NCBI RefSeq assembly: GCF_947568905.1
Contig: NC_079164.1
Coordinates: forward strand, 34,100,001 to 34,164,000
Direction: 5' to 3'
DNA length: 64,000 nt
From: Ostrea edulis
Taxonomy: Eukaryota
The translations under genes and the position numbers were made by a program. The notes beneath the pieces were generated by a model. It saw nothing but the letters and a program-made list of their open reading frames with translations, was not told where the DNA came from and made no database searches. Positions 1 to 11,351 of the stretch are shown one piece after another. Position 1 is the stretch's first letter. Every line of letters begins with the position of its first letter.

Positions 1-73
1 TTGTTAATTGGCAGCAATATGACAACTTAAAATGTTTTTTGATAATCAAATCACAAATTAGAATCCCACTCAC

Positions 74-131
74 TGGGTACTGCAGTCCTCCGATAAACAG
101 CAGCATCAGGAACTGAGGGTAATTCTCCAGT
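74..131 (-). CDS. MGST3: MGST3 coding exon 3
   Basis: Acceptor gtttcag|A; donor CCA|gtgagt; 58 nt encoding (T)LENYPQFLMLLFIGGLQYP. Confidence 0.95.
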
Positions 132-804
132 CTGAAACACAGAAATAAATCATCAAGCCGCCTTTAAAAATACCAACATTAAAAAAAGGCTGGTACGTTT
201 AGCTGTCTCTTTTTCTCCAAGAACTTACAGATTACATATTTAGAACTGTTACTCCAAAAGGGATGTAAATTGATAATTTGACAAAAAATTGTGATAACAA
301 AGTGCAAAAAAGTCTTTATGGAGGGGTATTTATAATCCCATTGAACAAGATGACATCTTACACTCAAGAGTGTTCCCCTTTTTTAAATTGCATTGATACC
401 AAATCTGATTATTTTCACTAAAGATAACATATACAAGAGGCAGAATATTAAAACAAGTTAATACTGTGGTTTCACCAATTTTGTGAATTGTAATTAGATG
501 AAGGTATGTTGATATGGAATTCTGTGGAGATACAACTGTACGTTCTTTCTGATTCCGTGCTCTACTATGACAAAGATTGATTGTATCTTTCTTAACGTTT
601 CTCTCTCGAGAATTTTTCACTCATATGGAGACCTCACCAAGACCAGTGAAGGGCTTCAAATTTAGGCCTTTGCTCGGCACTTACAGCCATTGAGTAGTGA
701 GGGTTCTTTAGCGTGCCACACCTACTGTGACACGGGACATCCGTTTTTAACCATTCACACCTGATGCCGAGCGTTTGGCGGTGGAACTGTCACTACCTGT
801 TTTA

Positions 805-836
<32 letters not shown>

Positions 837-1471
837 ACCCGGCCTTCCACATGCAGGGCAAACACTCTAACCTCTAGGCAAAGAAAACAACAGGAATTGG
901 TAAAATTATAAAACTACAGTATAAAAGTTCTCATACATATTCTTACGTGTTCTGATGGGCTCGCTGAATGCAGTTAAACATTTTGCTGTCAGGACTGTAC
1001 ATAATTGGATACTGAAGAGTCACAAAAAGACAAGTATTCATTCATTCTTTAGTTAAGTTTGTAATAAATATTTTATTTTTAACTTTCACATATATGCATA
1101 TATATATATTAGATCGTTATATCAAAAGTCATAGCAGAATATCAAATACTTCAATACTTTAAAACACCGTCATACATGTAATCTAATCAAAGACACATGA
1201 AGTACAGTATAATTCTACTGGATTTAATTTGCATGCATCTAATTCATTTTTTGATGAAATGGAAAAATGCAAAAAGAAATGTACTGTGTTGTGTATTGCT
1301 ACAAAACAATACAGATTTGTTGTGTGTACTTACTGGCACTTCATACTGCTTGCGGGCCTTGGCAACATTTACACCCATCCACATGTTAACAAATGTGCTA
1401 GCCAGACCAGTGAAGACGACACACCCATAGTGATCTGGGAGGGCATCAACAATTTTCGACAAATTTCCCAT
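74..1471 (-). CDS. MGST3: Microsomal glutathione S-transferase 3-like (MAPEG family), first three coding exons; 3' exons lie beyond the window's left edge
   Basis: Exons 1471-1334 (MGNLSKIVDALPDHYGCVVFTGLASTFVNMWMGVNVAKARKQYEVP), 1011-947 (YPIMYSPDSKMFNCIQRAHQN) and 131-74 (TLENYPQFLMLLFIGGLQYP), all GT-AG with compatible phases (0, 2). The MAPEG signature FNCIQRAHQNTLE spans the second junction. Confidence 0.95.
575..879 (-). mobile_element. tRNA-derived SINE (family A), in an MGST3 intron
   Basis: Minus-strand head with A-box-like GAGGTTAGAG and B-box GGTTTCGAATCCC; body TAAGTCGTTAAAACAGGTAGTGACAG...; 3' module TGTCACAGTAGGTGTGGCACG...ATATGAGTGAAAAATTCTCGAG; (CAAT)n tail. Confidence 0.8.
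947..1011 (-). CDS. MGST3: MGST3 coding exon 2
   Basis: Acceptor ctcttcag|TAT; donor AC|gtaaga; 65 nt encoding YPIMYSPDSKMFNCIQRAHQN(T). Confidence 0.95.
1334..1471 (-). CDS. MGST3: MGST3 coding exon 1 (ATG lies 1 nt inside an internal exon, so a non-coding first exon is upstream)
   Basis: Acceptor ctttgcag|T-ATG at 1473/1472; donor CCA|gtaagt at 1334/1333. Confidence 0.93.
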
Positions 1472-2599
1472 ACTGCAAAGAAATATTGGAGGAATATGTC
1501 ATTATTCCAGCTCTTAACTACATATCTCAATACTCAACTGCAACTTAGTATTTACGATAATATGTTGATGGAGCTACCATTACAGTGAGCACAGCCACAT
1601 ATATGTGAGTGGATCCAGAATTTTTCCACATGGAAGTATGCATCTTTTAAGGGTCCAACTGAAACTGTGGACTAAGGACTAAGATGTAGTATTTTACAAC
1701 AGAAAGTGCATACAAATAAGCAAAAACATTTATTTTCTACCTAGCCCATGGATGGTGGCTTTAAACCCTCCATTCCTCCAAATATACATGTCTGACATAG
1801 AATCCACCAACGAATTTAAGATATATCTGATTTTTAAAAAAAATAAGGAAAATTTGTATGAGTACTGAAAATAACACAATTGGATAATAAAATCCTCAAA
1901 AATCTTTTTATTAAAATGGCGGTGATTTAATCTCGGGTGAAATTCAACTCCTCTTGATATTTGGACTGATGCCTTCACTGAATCTTGGAGCAGTCCTTTA
2001 ATTTTATGATTCATATCTGGAATTTACATTCTGTTTTGGCTGATTCTAGCAATTAATGTGCACTTAAACTAACTCTCTATCACTATCAATTTTGCATGGC
2101 TTACCGTTTAGGTTTGAATATCCCCATATCCCTTTAATGCATGTAGCTCTGCAACTCGCAGAAGTCAAAATTGACGGTACCTTCACTACCTTGCATTGTC
2201 TATTACAGTACCTTGCACATACAAACAACGTACAGACAGGTGGACAGAATGGTGACCTACTATAGTGGTGGGTAGGGGGTAATTGAAAATTTTACAGTGA
2301 CCCCACATTAAGGGCATTTGTCGAACACAGAAAAAAGTGTCACCGTCTCCGTGCTTGACATGTCAGTTGGGGAAAATTGGGTAAAATGGATGGGGAACGA
2401 CGGGAGTTGGAGGATGGGAAGAGGAGAGATGGAGGGAGAGGTGGGTCATATATATTCCCCCCTAAGTCAGAATCATTACACAAAGGGGCGTGACGCAATA
2501 TCCACAAAGTGTCAATGACACATGAAGTTAGATATCAGTCTAGCCTACTTCTGCTTTCGATATTTCATGCAATACCTCTAAAATACTTGGTTGTGTAAC

Positions 2600-2700
2600 G
2601 CCAGTCACCGATTTCTATTCCAAATATTTTCAAGGACACTGCTGCAGTCCGTAGTCGCGTTGGTTTGCACGTTTATATAAGATACCGGAAGTGGCTTAAG
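2600..2700 (-). promoter_or_regulatory. Candidate MGST3 promoter and non-coding first exon
   Basis: CpG-richer patch with a perfect ETS/GABP-type site ACCGGAAGTG (about 2684-2693) and a possible donor CG|gtgact at 2609/2608. A 5' UTR exon is required because the ATG exon begins at a splice acceptor. Confidence 0.35.
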
Positions 2701-2733
2701 ATAACCCGCACCAAGATAATTCGCTCGCTCTAA

Positions 2734-3163
2734 CTCCAGGACAATCTCTCACCAGAGGGCGTATTATGCTGCGCTACAACACCTCTGTCAACGTCTAAAT
2801 GTCAAGATTTTTGGCAAAACTTATTTCTACCTATTGCATTATAAAGTATGATTTTACAAATTCTAGTGTTAAGCTTAAAATTTTACAGTAAGTTCACAAA
2901 AACAACGAATTCCATGATTATTCTAGTATTATTGGAGGAATGAATATTTATATAAAACCTTTTAATTTGCTCAGGTGTCTCATATTTACCAGCTTCTGTG
3001 TTTATAAAATTCAGACAAGCGTTTGATTTGCTTAGATATGATCATTACAGATTGATACGCTAAGTTAGTTTTAGTACGTTTTGATATGAATTTTAGACGT
3101 TGACGGAGGTATTAGTTGAGAGTAGCGGGAAAGATAACTCTGGGTAGAGATTGACTCCAGGAG
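2734..3163. mobile_element. MITE with imperfect TIRs of about 75 bp
   Basis: CTCC(A/T)GGA..CAATCTCT..CCAGAG...ACCTC(T/C)GTCAACGTCTAA at both ends in inverted orientation; no clear TSD. Confidence 0.6.
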
Positions 3164-3754
3164 AAAGTATTTTAATCTTACTAAAGTACAAACCTATATT
3201 ATATATTTTTTTTTTAAATGATATAGGTCTGTAATTTAGTCAGATTGGGAGTATTATTATTTCAGAGCGCTGGGAGGAAAGAGAAACGTATGGGATAATC
3301 CCCAGATTCGCATTTAAACTAATCAACAGGGCCCACCTGAGCCTTTGATAGCCCCACCCTCATGAGACTTATCAAAATTATAAATGGTTCAAAGTAGAAA
3401 AGTTGTATTGATTTCCACTTGATATAGGTTAATTTAATCAATAACCGAAAAATATATATGTTGCCAGATTTTTAAAGATGTCAGACATACAAAAACAAAA
3501 GCATGATAAAAATACATTAAGAAATTAATAAAATAACAAAATTCTAATTTCAACAGTTTCAAAAAAAAAAAAAAAAAAAAAAAAAATGCTGCTTTACAAA
3601 TATTATGAACATAGCACTATAATATGCAACATAGATTTATTACCAGACTTTCCCATTCAAGTCATTGTGAGTTCATATAATTAAGGTTTTACCAAAGGTT
3701 GTTTAAACCTTAAAGATCTGATTTGTGAATGGAAAGTAGAAGATATATACAATA

Positions 3755-3932
3755 ACAATCTGATTAAAATCAGATCCTCGATCCGCTCCTCTTTTTCTTT
3801 TCTTTTTTTTTTTTTCTTTCTTTTTTGTTCTTTTTTTTTTTTTTTTCCCTTGTCGCTATACGATCCTCGTGTAGCGACAAGAAAAAAGAAGAAGAGAGGA
3901 GCGGATCGAGGATCTGATTTTAATCAGATTGT
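3755..3932. mobile_element. 178-bp MITE with an 8-bp TSD
   Basis: 38-bp perfect TIR ACAATCTGATTAAAATCAGATCCTCGATCCGCTCCTCT; TSD ATACAATA at 3747-3754 and 3933-3940. Confidence 0.9.
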
Positions 3933-4014
3933 ATACAATAATATTTTGAAAATGGAAACTTTCAAATTTACCTTATTTAGTTTTTTAAAATGCAGTTTTA
4001 GTAGAAAGTAATCT

Positions 4015-4065
4015 CCCTGCTGGACTCGAACTCGCGGCGACCTACTGATTAGCAGTCGATACGAA
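4015..4065 (-). repeat. tRNA-derived fragment (SINE head remnant), not a functional tRNA
   Basis: GACTGCTAATC...GAGTTCGAGTCC on the minus strand; no D arm or acceptor stem. Confidence 0.45.
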
Positions 4066-4140
4066 TATGCAAGTATTGTTGATATTTATATTTTCATCCA
4101 TGTTTCTATTAAAGGTACTCAGTCTGTGACGATGTATTAT

Positions 4141-5255
4141 ACCAAGGGAGGGAACTTGTTAATAACAGCAAGAGAGGACACGTGTTAATAAAAACAAGGG
4201 AAGTAACTTGTTAATAAAAACAAGGAGGGGAAGTTGTTAAAAACAATGGAAGTAACCTGTTAATACCAGCAAGGAAGGTAACTTGTTAATAGAAATTAAA
4301 AAGTAACTTGTTAATAAAAACAAGGGACGGAACTTATCAATAAAAACAAGGGACGGGACTTGTTACTAAAAACAAGGAAGGAATCTTGCCAATAAAATGG
4401 AGGTAAGTAGCCTGTTAATACAAGCAAGGGAGGGAATTTGTTAATAAAAATAAGGGAGGGAAGTTGTTAATAAAAACAGGGGAGATAACTTGTTAATAAA
4501 ATAGAGAAATAACTTGTTAATAAAACAAAGGAGGAAACTTGTTAATAAAAGAAAGAGAGGGAACTTCTTAATAAAAACAGGGGGGGGGGGGGGGACTTGC
4601 CAATAAAATCGAGGAAAGTAACTTGTTAATACAAGCAAGGGAGTTAACTTGTTAATTCAACCAAGGGAGGAAATTGTTAATAAAAGCAAGGGGGAACTTG
4701 CCAATAAAAGTAACTTGTTAATAAAAGCAAGAGAGGGAATTTATTAATAAAAACAAGGGAAAGAATTTGTTAATAAAAACAAGGGAGGAACTTGTTCATA
4801 AAAACATGGGAGGGAACTTGTTTATAAAAACAAGGGAGGGAACTGTTATTAAAAGCAAGGGAGGGAACTTGTTACTAAAACAAGAGAAGCAACTTGTTGA
4901 TGAAAACAAAAGAGGGAGCATGTTAATAAAAACAAAAGAAGTAACTTGTTAATACAAGCAAGAGAGGGAACTTGTTAATACACGCAAGGGAGAAAATTTG
5001 TTAATAAAAGCAAGGGAGGGAACTTGCCAATAAAATTGAGGAAAGTAACTTGTTAATAAAAGCAAGAGAGGGAATTTGTTCATAAAAACAAGGGAGGGAA
5101 TTTGTTCATAAAAACAAGGGAGGAAACTTGTTCATAAAAACAAGGGAGGGAACTTGTTCATAAAAACAAGGGAGGGAACTTGTTCATAAAAGCAAGGGAG
5201 GGAACTTGTTATAAAAGCAAGGGAGGGAATTTGTTGATACAAGCAAGGGGGACTT
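4141..5255. repeat. Purine-rich minisatellite, unit about 26-27 bp, roughly 40 degenerate copies
   Basis: Consensus TTAATAAAAACAAGGGAGGGAACTTG; contains a poly-G run at about 4580-4594. Confidence 0.9.
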
Positions 5256-7032
5256 CGAGCATTCCCACCAGGGATCTTGTCTTTTGACTTTTAATCAAAA
5301 TACCAACATGATCCGCATTTGTCTCTTTCTCCGTTACAAAGATCCGCCACTGCCCCTTTCTTCGTGACTTATATCCGAAACTTCTACCTTTTCAGTTACC
5401 TTTACTTAGACCCGCCACTTTCCCTTTCTTCGTTACCTAGATCCACCACTACCGTTTTTCCGTTACTTGCAATAATATTCCACAGACAAGGTTGTTAAAC
5501 TGCATGCTTGATGTTGCAGCCATTTTGAGAAGTCCATTGCACGATGTTGTTCTGGTGAACAGCATTCACCATCTGATAAGCCGGTTCAAGAGTGGAATTT
5601 AGAAATTATCATGTCACTTTTGCCTCTTTTTGAGGCTTCTTGTCTCTGTTAAAATGCTTCTCTGGCGTATTGATCTGGTCATCGTTTGAATTTTGGTCTC
5701 TTCCTGTCAGCTACACGTCAGTGGTAACCCGACACATGCTCGTTATAGGACAGCTCTACCGTACGTAACAATTAACAAATCCGCCATCCGTACTTCTCTA
5801 ATATTCCCAATCAAACCTTCTGTAACATTATAGAACCATGCAAAGAAATACAGCGAGCCCGACATAAACTCCTGGCAGGGAAGGTAAAAACGCATAGACG
5901 TGCATCACAAGATATCCCAGTGACCTTGCCTCGACACCGTAAATATAATACCAACAGTCCCTACTACGGGGCGCCAAATGACGCTCTTGTGATCCAGTTT
6001 TGTGTGGACAAAAGTAAGTTTTGTTCAACTAAAACGAGTTCAGATCAGAGACATGTATGTACATGCCTCTGTTCAGATTAACAAATTTTATAACAAATCA
6101 CAAAAATAAATTTTGTTACACAAAATTATCTTTCGGTGGACAAATGTCACTATTGTCATGACAAAATATTTTTGTAGACAAACTTCAATTTTGTATCAAA
6201 AGTTAATTTTGTATTCAAACTACATGTAGTTTAATTTGGATTTTGTAAACTATTTTGCAAACAAAACTGAGAAATATTCTAACAAAAATCAATTCTGTGA
6301 TGTTTTTATGATAACTTCAATTCCGTAATGACAAAAAAATTGTTCTACAAAATTATCTATCAGTGGACAAAGATCATTATTGTCATGACAAAATTCATTT
6401 TTGTAGACATTTTGAAGTAATTTTGTCATGACAGAATTCATTTTAAGTCCATGTTTGACCTTTACTTGTAAGCTGCTCACCGATTGGTTGAAACGCTTAC
6501 ATTTAGCTCATTCTTTGGTAAAGGTTAATGGACTTGGAAGGTATGGTAGTAAACGAATATATGTTGAATATACACGTAAATATTACGCTTATGATGATCC
6601 ATGTGTCCTTGAAAGAATATGTCTTCGCCAGGCATGCTACATGTACGTGTTTAAGGCCATCATGGCGTATAGTACTTTTCCTTTGTACTGCAATGAGACG
6701 CCATCTTACAAAATCGTAGCTGCAGAACTGTAGCTCTTTGAAAAAATATTGGGACAGATCAGAGAGCCACAGATCCACCCCTTATCAAAGCCTTCGATTT
6801 ACGACGCAGAAAAAAATGCGCACGGTTGAGGCCTTATATCGCTGCATTCTTGCATCGTCGTCTCATAAATCTATACTAAAAATTCTCAACATATTTTCCT
6901 ACTATATTTGTGTCCAAACAAACCTTCAAATATTCATTAAAGCCATGCAACCCGAAAACTCATAGTTTCAAATCATTTCTTTACCTATACGTATGGTGTT
7001 TATGTCTTTCAACTGATTTGATACGCGAGAGC

Positions 7033-7960
7033 TATGGAGCTCCAAATTAACATAAACTCAAATAATTGAAGATATCTTCAATTATTTGAAGAGATCATCA
7101 ATTCAGTTATTGCTCTCTTTAATTGAATTAATGCGCGTATTAAATCAATTATTGCTCTCGTCAAATGAAGTAATGCGCGCTTCAATTCAAGTATTGCTCT
7201 CTTCAATTCAATTGATGAGAGCATCAATTGAATTAATGAGAGCAATAATAGATTTGATGCGCGCATTAATTCAATTATTGCTCTCTTCAATTCGATTGAT
7301 GAGAGCATCAATTTCGTAGAAATATTGCTCGCAATAATTAATTTAGAGCTCGGTATAAATAATTTGATGATCTCTTTAATTCAATTGAAGATATCTTTAA
7401 TTATTTACAATGCTTTTGTATAAGGAATTAATGTGCGCATCAATTCTTTTAAAGAGAGCAATAACTCAATTAAAGAGATCATTAATTCAAATGTGGATAT
7501 GTTGAATTGAAGATATCTTTAATTATATAGTTGCTCTCTCTAAAAGAATTATTGCTCTCTTCAAATGAATTAAAGATATCATTAATTCAATTGAAGAGAG
7601 CAATAATTGAATTAATGCGAGCATTAAATCCATTATTGCTCTCATCAAATGAATTAATGTGCGCATCAATTCAATTATTGCTCTCAATTGATTTAATGCG
7701 CGCATTATATCAATTATTGCTCTCTTCAATTGAATTGTTGATATCATTAATTCATTTGAAGAGATCATTAATTCTATTAAAACGCGTATCAATTCAGCAG
7801 AAGAATTAATGCTATCATCGATTCAATTAATGCGCGCAATAATTCAGAATTGAAGATATCATTAATTATTTGAAGAGATCTTTAATTAAACTGTTGCGCG
7901 CATCAAATGAATTGTAGATATCTTCAAATATTTGAGTTTATGTTAACTTGGCGTTCCATA
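7033..7960. mobile_element. Foldback/MITE-like non-autonomous DNA element built from short palindromic modules
   Basis: About 45-bp TIRs TATGGA.C.CCAA.TTAACATAAACTCAAATA.TTGAAGATATCT (4 mismatches); GAGAGC direct repeat at 7027-7032 and 7961-7966; interior made of TTATTGCTCTC / GAGAGCAATAA / AATTGAATTAATGCGCGC modules in both orientations. Confidence 0.85.
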
Positions 7961-7978
7961 GAGAGCATGCTTACTTGC

Positions 7979-10959
7979 TTATGCCTGTGGTACCGGTGTG
8001 GTACATAGGCCACCAACAACACTCCTCCATCTGGTTCTGTTTTGTGCCAGTCTGGCCAGGTCTTGCCACCTATATCCCTCAGACTCCATTTCTGCATGGA
8101 CATTTCGTCTCCAGGTGTTTCTTGGCCTTCCTACTTTCCTTTTTCCCTGAGGGTTCCACTGTAACGCTTGTCTGGTGATAGAGTTAGCTGGCTTTCGTAA
8201 AGTGTGGCCTATCCAGCTCCATTTCTGTTTTTTAAGCTCCGACTCTATGGGCTACTGTTTGGTCTTCTCCCATAGATCCACGTTGGTCATCTTTTCAGGC
8301 CATATAATATTCAGTATTTGTCTAAGGTATTTGTTGATAAAGACTTGTAGCTTGTTAATAAGGTGTTTGGTGGTTTTCCAAGCCTCGCAGCCGTACAATA
8401 GGATCGTGTTGACATTGGAGTTGAATAACCTGATTTTGGTGTTCAAAGTAATATTGCATGCTCTCCAGATAGTTATCATCATTCTGAAGGCTGTTCTTGC
8501 TTTTCCTATTCGGCTTTTGATGTCTTGTTCAGAGCCTCCCTGACCGTCCATGATACTGCCAAGATATGTGAAGGAGTCGACTTCTTCCAGAGGAGTTGAT
8601 TTTACTTTGAGACTGGCCTGGTTGTTTGTATTTGCCTTGAGTACTTTGGTCTTTCTTGTACTGATGATAAGGCCAGTCTCAGCTGCTCCTTCTTCTAACC
8701 GGGATAGCTTTGTCTTCCATCTGTTGGTGGTTATGAGACAGAAGGACAATGTCATCAGCAAAATCTAAGTCGTCAAAATGTGACATTAGTGTCCACTGAA
8801 TGCCATTTCTTTTGTTGTTAGTAGTTTGTCTCATCCAGTCTACCGCTAGGAGGAACAGGAAAGGTGACAGCAAGCATCCCTGACGTACCCCTGTCGTGAT
8901 GTCAAAGGGGTCTGTGAGCTGACCTTCATGCAATATTCTGCTCTTCATACCTGTATATGTGTTCTTGATGATGGTGATGAACTTTTCAGGTATTCCATAG
9001 TGTCTCATGAGTTTCCAAAGTACATTTCTATCACGGCTGTCGAAGGCTTTCTGGAAGTCTACAAACACTATATATAATGCCGAGTTAAATTCAAGTGATT
9101 GCTCGATAATTATACGCAGTGTGGCTATTTGATCCGCACACGATCTATTTTGACGGAATCCTGCCTGCTTGTCTCGCAGTATTGGTCAACAGCTTTCTTC
9201 ATTCTTTCCAACATGATTCTAAATAACACCTTTCCCGGTACTGACAGAGGCATTATTCCCCTGTAGTTATCACAAATGCTGAGATCACCATTCTTCGGTA
9301 TTTTTACTAGGTATCCTTCTTTCCATTCCTGTGGTACATCTTCTTCCCAGATTTTACTAATTAAGTCGTAAAGCATTTGTGTTCATGTTTCGATATCAGC
9401 TTTTAATACTTCTGTAGGAATGTTATCAGGACCCGGAGACCTGTGGTTCTTTAAGGTGTTAATGGTTTTGCTGATTTCTGTTTTTTTGATGGTCTGTTAC
9501 AGTTGATTGGTAGTAGAGCTATTGCAGGTTGTATATCTGCATCTGGTATTGGTGCTTGTTGGTTCAATACTTCTTTGAAATGCTCAACCCATCTCTTCAT
9601 TTGTTCTTCTGTTGTTTTTAAGGTGTTCCCATCTTTGTCCTTAACTGGTCTACTGCTCTTTTTGAACTTGTTTGTCAGCATCCTGATGTTATCGTACAGG
9701 GCTTTGATGTTCTTCTGCCTGGCTGCTTCCTCTGCCTCTGGTGTCATTTTGGAGATAAATTCTCTCTTGTCCCTCCTAGCGCTATATTTTACTTATTTAT
9801 TTGCCTTTGAGTACTGCTGTTGTGCTCTTTGCTTTGATGCTCTTGTCTTGCTGTTGTTAAGACTTTCTTTCAGATGTTTCCGCTGATCAATTTTTATGAG
9901 CGTGTCAGGCGATATCCATTCTTGGTGTTTTCTGTTTCGAATCCCAACCACTGCATCACATGATGTTGTTAGAACTGTTTCACCTCTTTCCAATACTCCT
10001 CAGTTGACATTTGATCTTGGTCCAGGTTTTGCAAAGTACTGAACCGATTTCGTACTTCAATTTTGAATTCTTCCTGTTTGTCTTTGTTTTTCAGTTTTTT
10101 AACATCATATCGTTTTGTAGTTTGTCTTGTGTTTTGATGTTTCTTAAGTTTCAACTTGATGTTGGCAACAAGTAAATGATGGTACGACGCTGCGTCTGCA
10201 CCTCTCTTAACTCTTACATCTTGCAGGCTTCTCCTGATCTTCCTGGAGATACATATATGATCTATTTGATTTTCTGTTCTCATGTCCGGTGAGACCCATG
10301 TAGCAAGATGGCAATGCTTGTGTGGAAATATGGTTCCCCCAATGACAAGGTTGTATGTAGCACAAAAACTTGCAAACAGTTATCCATTCTCATTCATAGA
10401 GCCTATGCCTTTTGTTCCCATTACTTCTTCAAAGCCGGTGTTATCTCTTCATACTTTAGCATTCATATCTCCCATGATGATCGTAATGTCTTTTGTGCTC
10501 AATTTTCTAATTGTCTCTTCAAGTAATTGATAGAATTCTTCTTTTGTTTCATTGTCTGCATAACATTGAATAATGTTGAGAGATATGCGCCTTTTTTGTG
10601 GTCTTAAATTTTGCTGTTATAATTCTTGGGCTCACTGGTTCCAATCTTATAAGCGTTTTATGTGTTTCCTTAGATATCATAATAACTACCCCTTCTGAAT
10701 GAATTGCTTGTTCCTCCACATGTCCTGAGTATAGGATAGTCTCTCCTGATGTTAAGCGTAATTATCCAGTATCTTTCCATCTTGCATCAGCTATTCCCAA
10801 TATTTCGACTCCATATCTTTTCATCTCCCTAGCAATAGTTCTAGATTTGCCGGTTATGTTCATTGATTTCACATTCCAAGTGGCGATCTTGGTGACAGAT
10901 TTAGGACTAAAAGGCTTCCGCCCGATGGTTTCCTTTCGGCTTTCGCCACCTGACATCAT
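7979..10959 (-). pseudogene. RTE ORF (about 990 codons) broken by several frameshifts and nonsense codons
   Basis: At least seven separate ORF-track fragments in different frames tile one APE-RT polyprotein. Confidence 0.9.
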
Positions 10960-11351
10960 GCTCCTTCCATTTGAAGGGCCTTTTCTTCCTACCTCTGATG
11001 TTTTTGTGTTGTTGTGTGTTTCTGTAATCATTTATTTACCCTTGAACGGGTGATTGGCCCATCCAAAGGTTCCAGTACTTTGTTTGTGAAGACTTCTGGA
11101 TGCGGTCTCCCCCATATGGGCCACTGGCCGGTGGAGTTTTATACTCTTATACTCTCATACGCCCTTTGCCGTTCTCACATTCTTGTAATCATCCGCCGGG
11201 GCCTTGGTCTCCCCACTATTTGTCCATAGCTGGAATGGTTGGTTTGGAATCAGAGTTTTCCTTCTCTTAGATGAGCTGCCCTCCCAGGCTAACGAGTCCC
11301 ATCTACCCGAAGCACTGGTTTTAAGGCGCCAGTATCTCGCCTTCGCCCCTT

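Noticed and set aside
4015-4065. tRNA-Ser(GCT) gene
   Set aside because: Only an anticodon-like loop and T-arm are present; no cloverleaf can be formed
4141-5255. Palindromic 27-bp repeats as CRISPR; ORFs 4441-4638 and 4767-4952
   Set aside because: No spacers; degenerate tandem satellite; the translations are low-complexity by-products
5494-5827. Solo LTR (TGTTA...TAACA)
   Set aside because: No target-site duplication, PBS or PPT
7078-7809. Leucine-rich 77-92 aa ORFs on both strands (LRR- or coiled-coil-like)
   Set aside because: They lie inside the foldback element and simply translate its repeated modules
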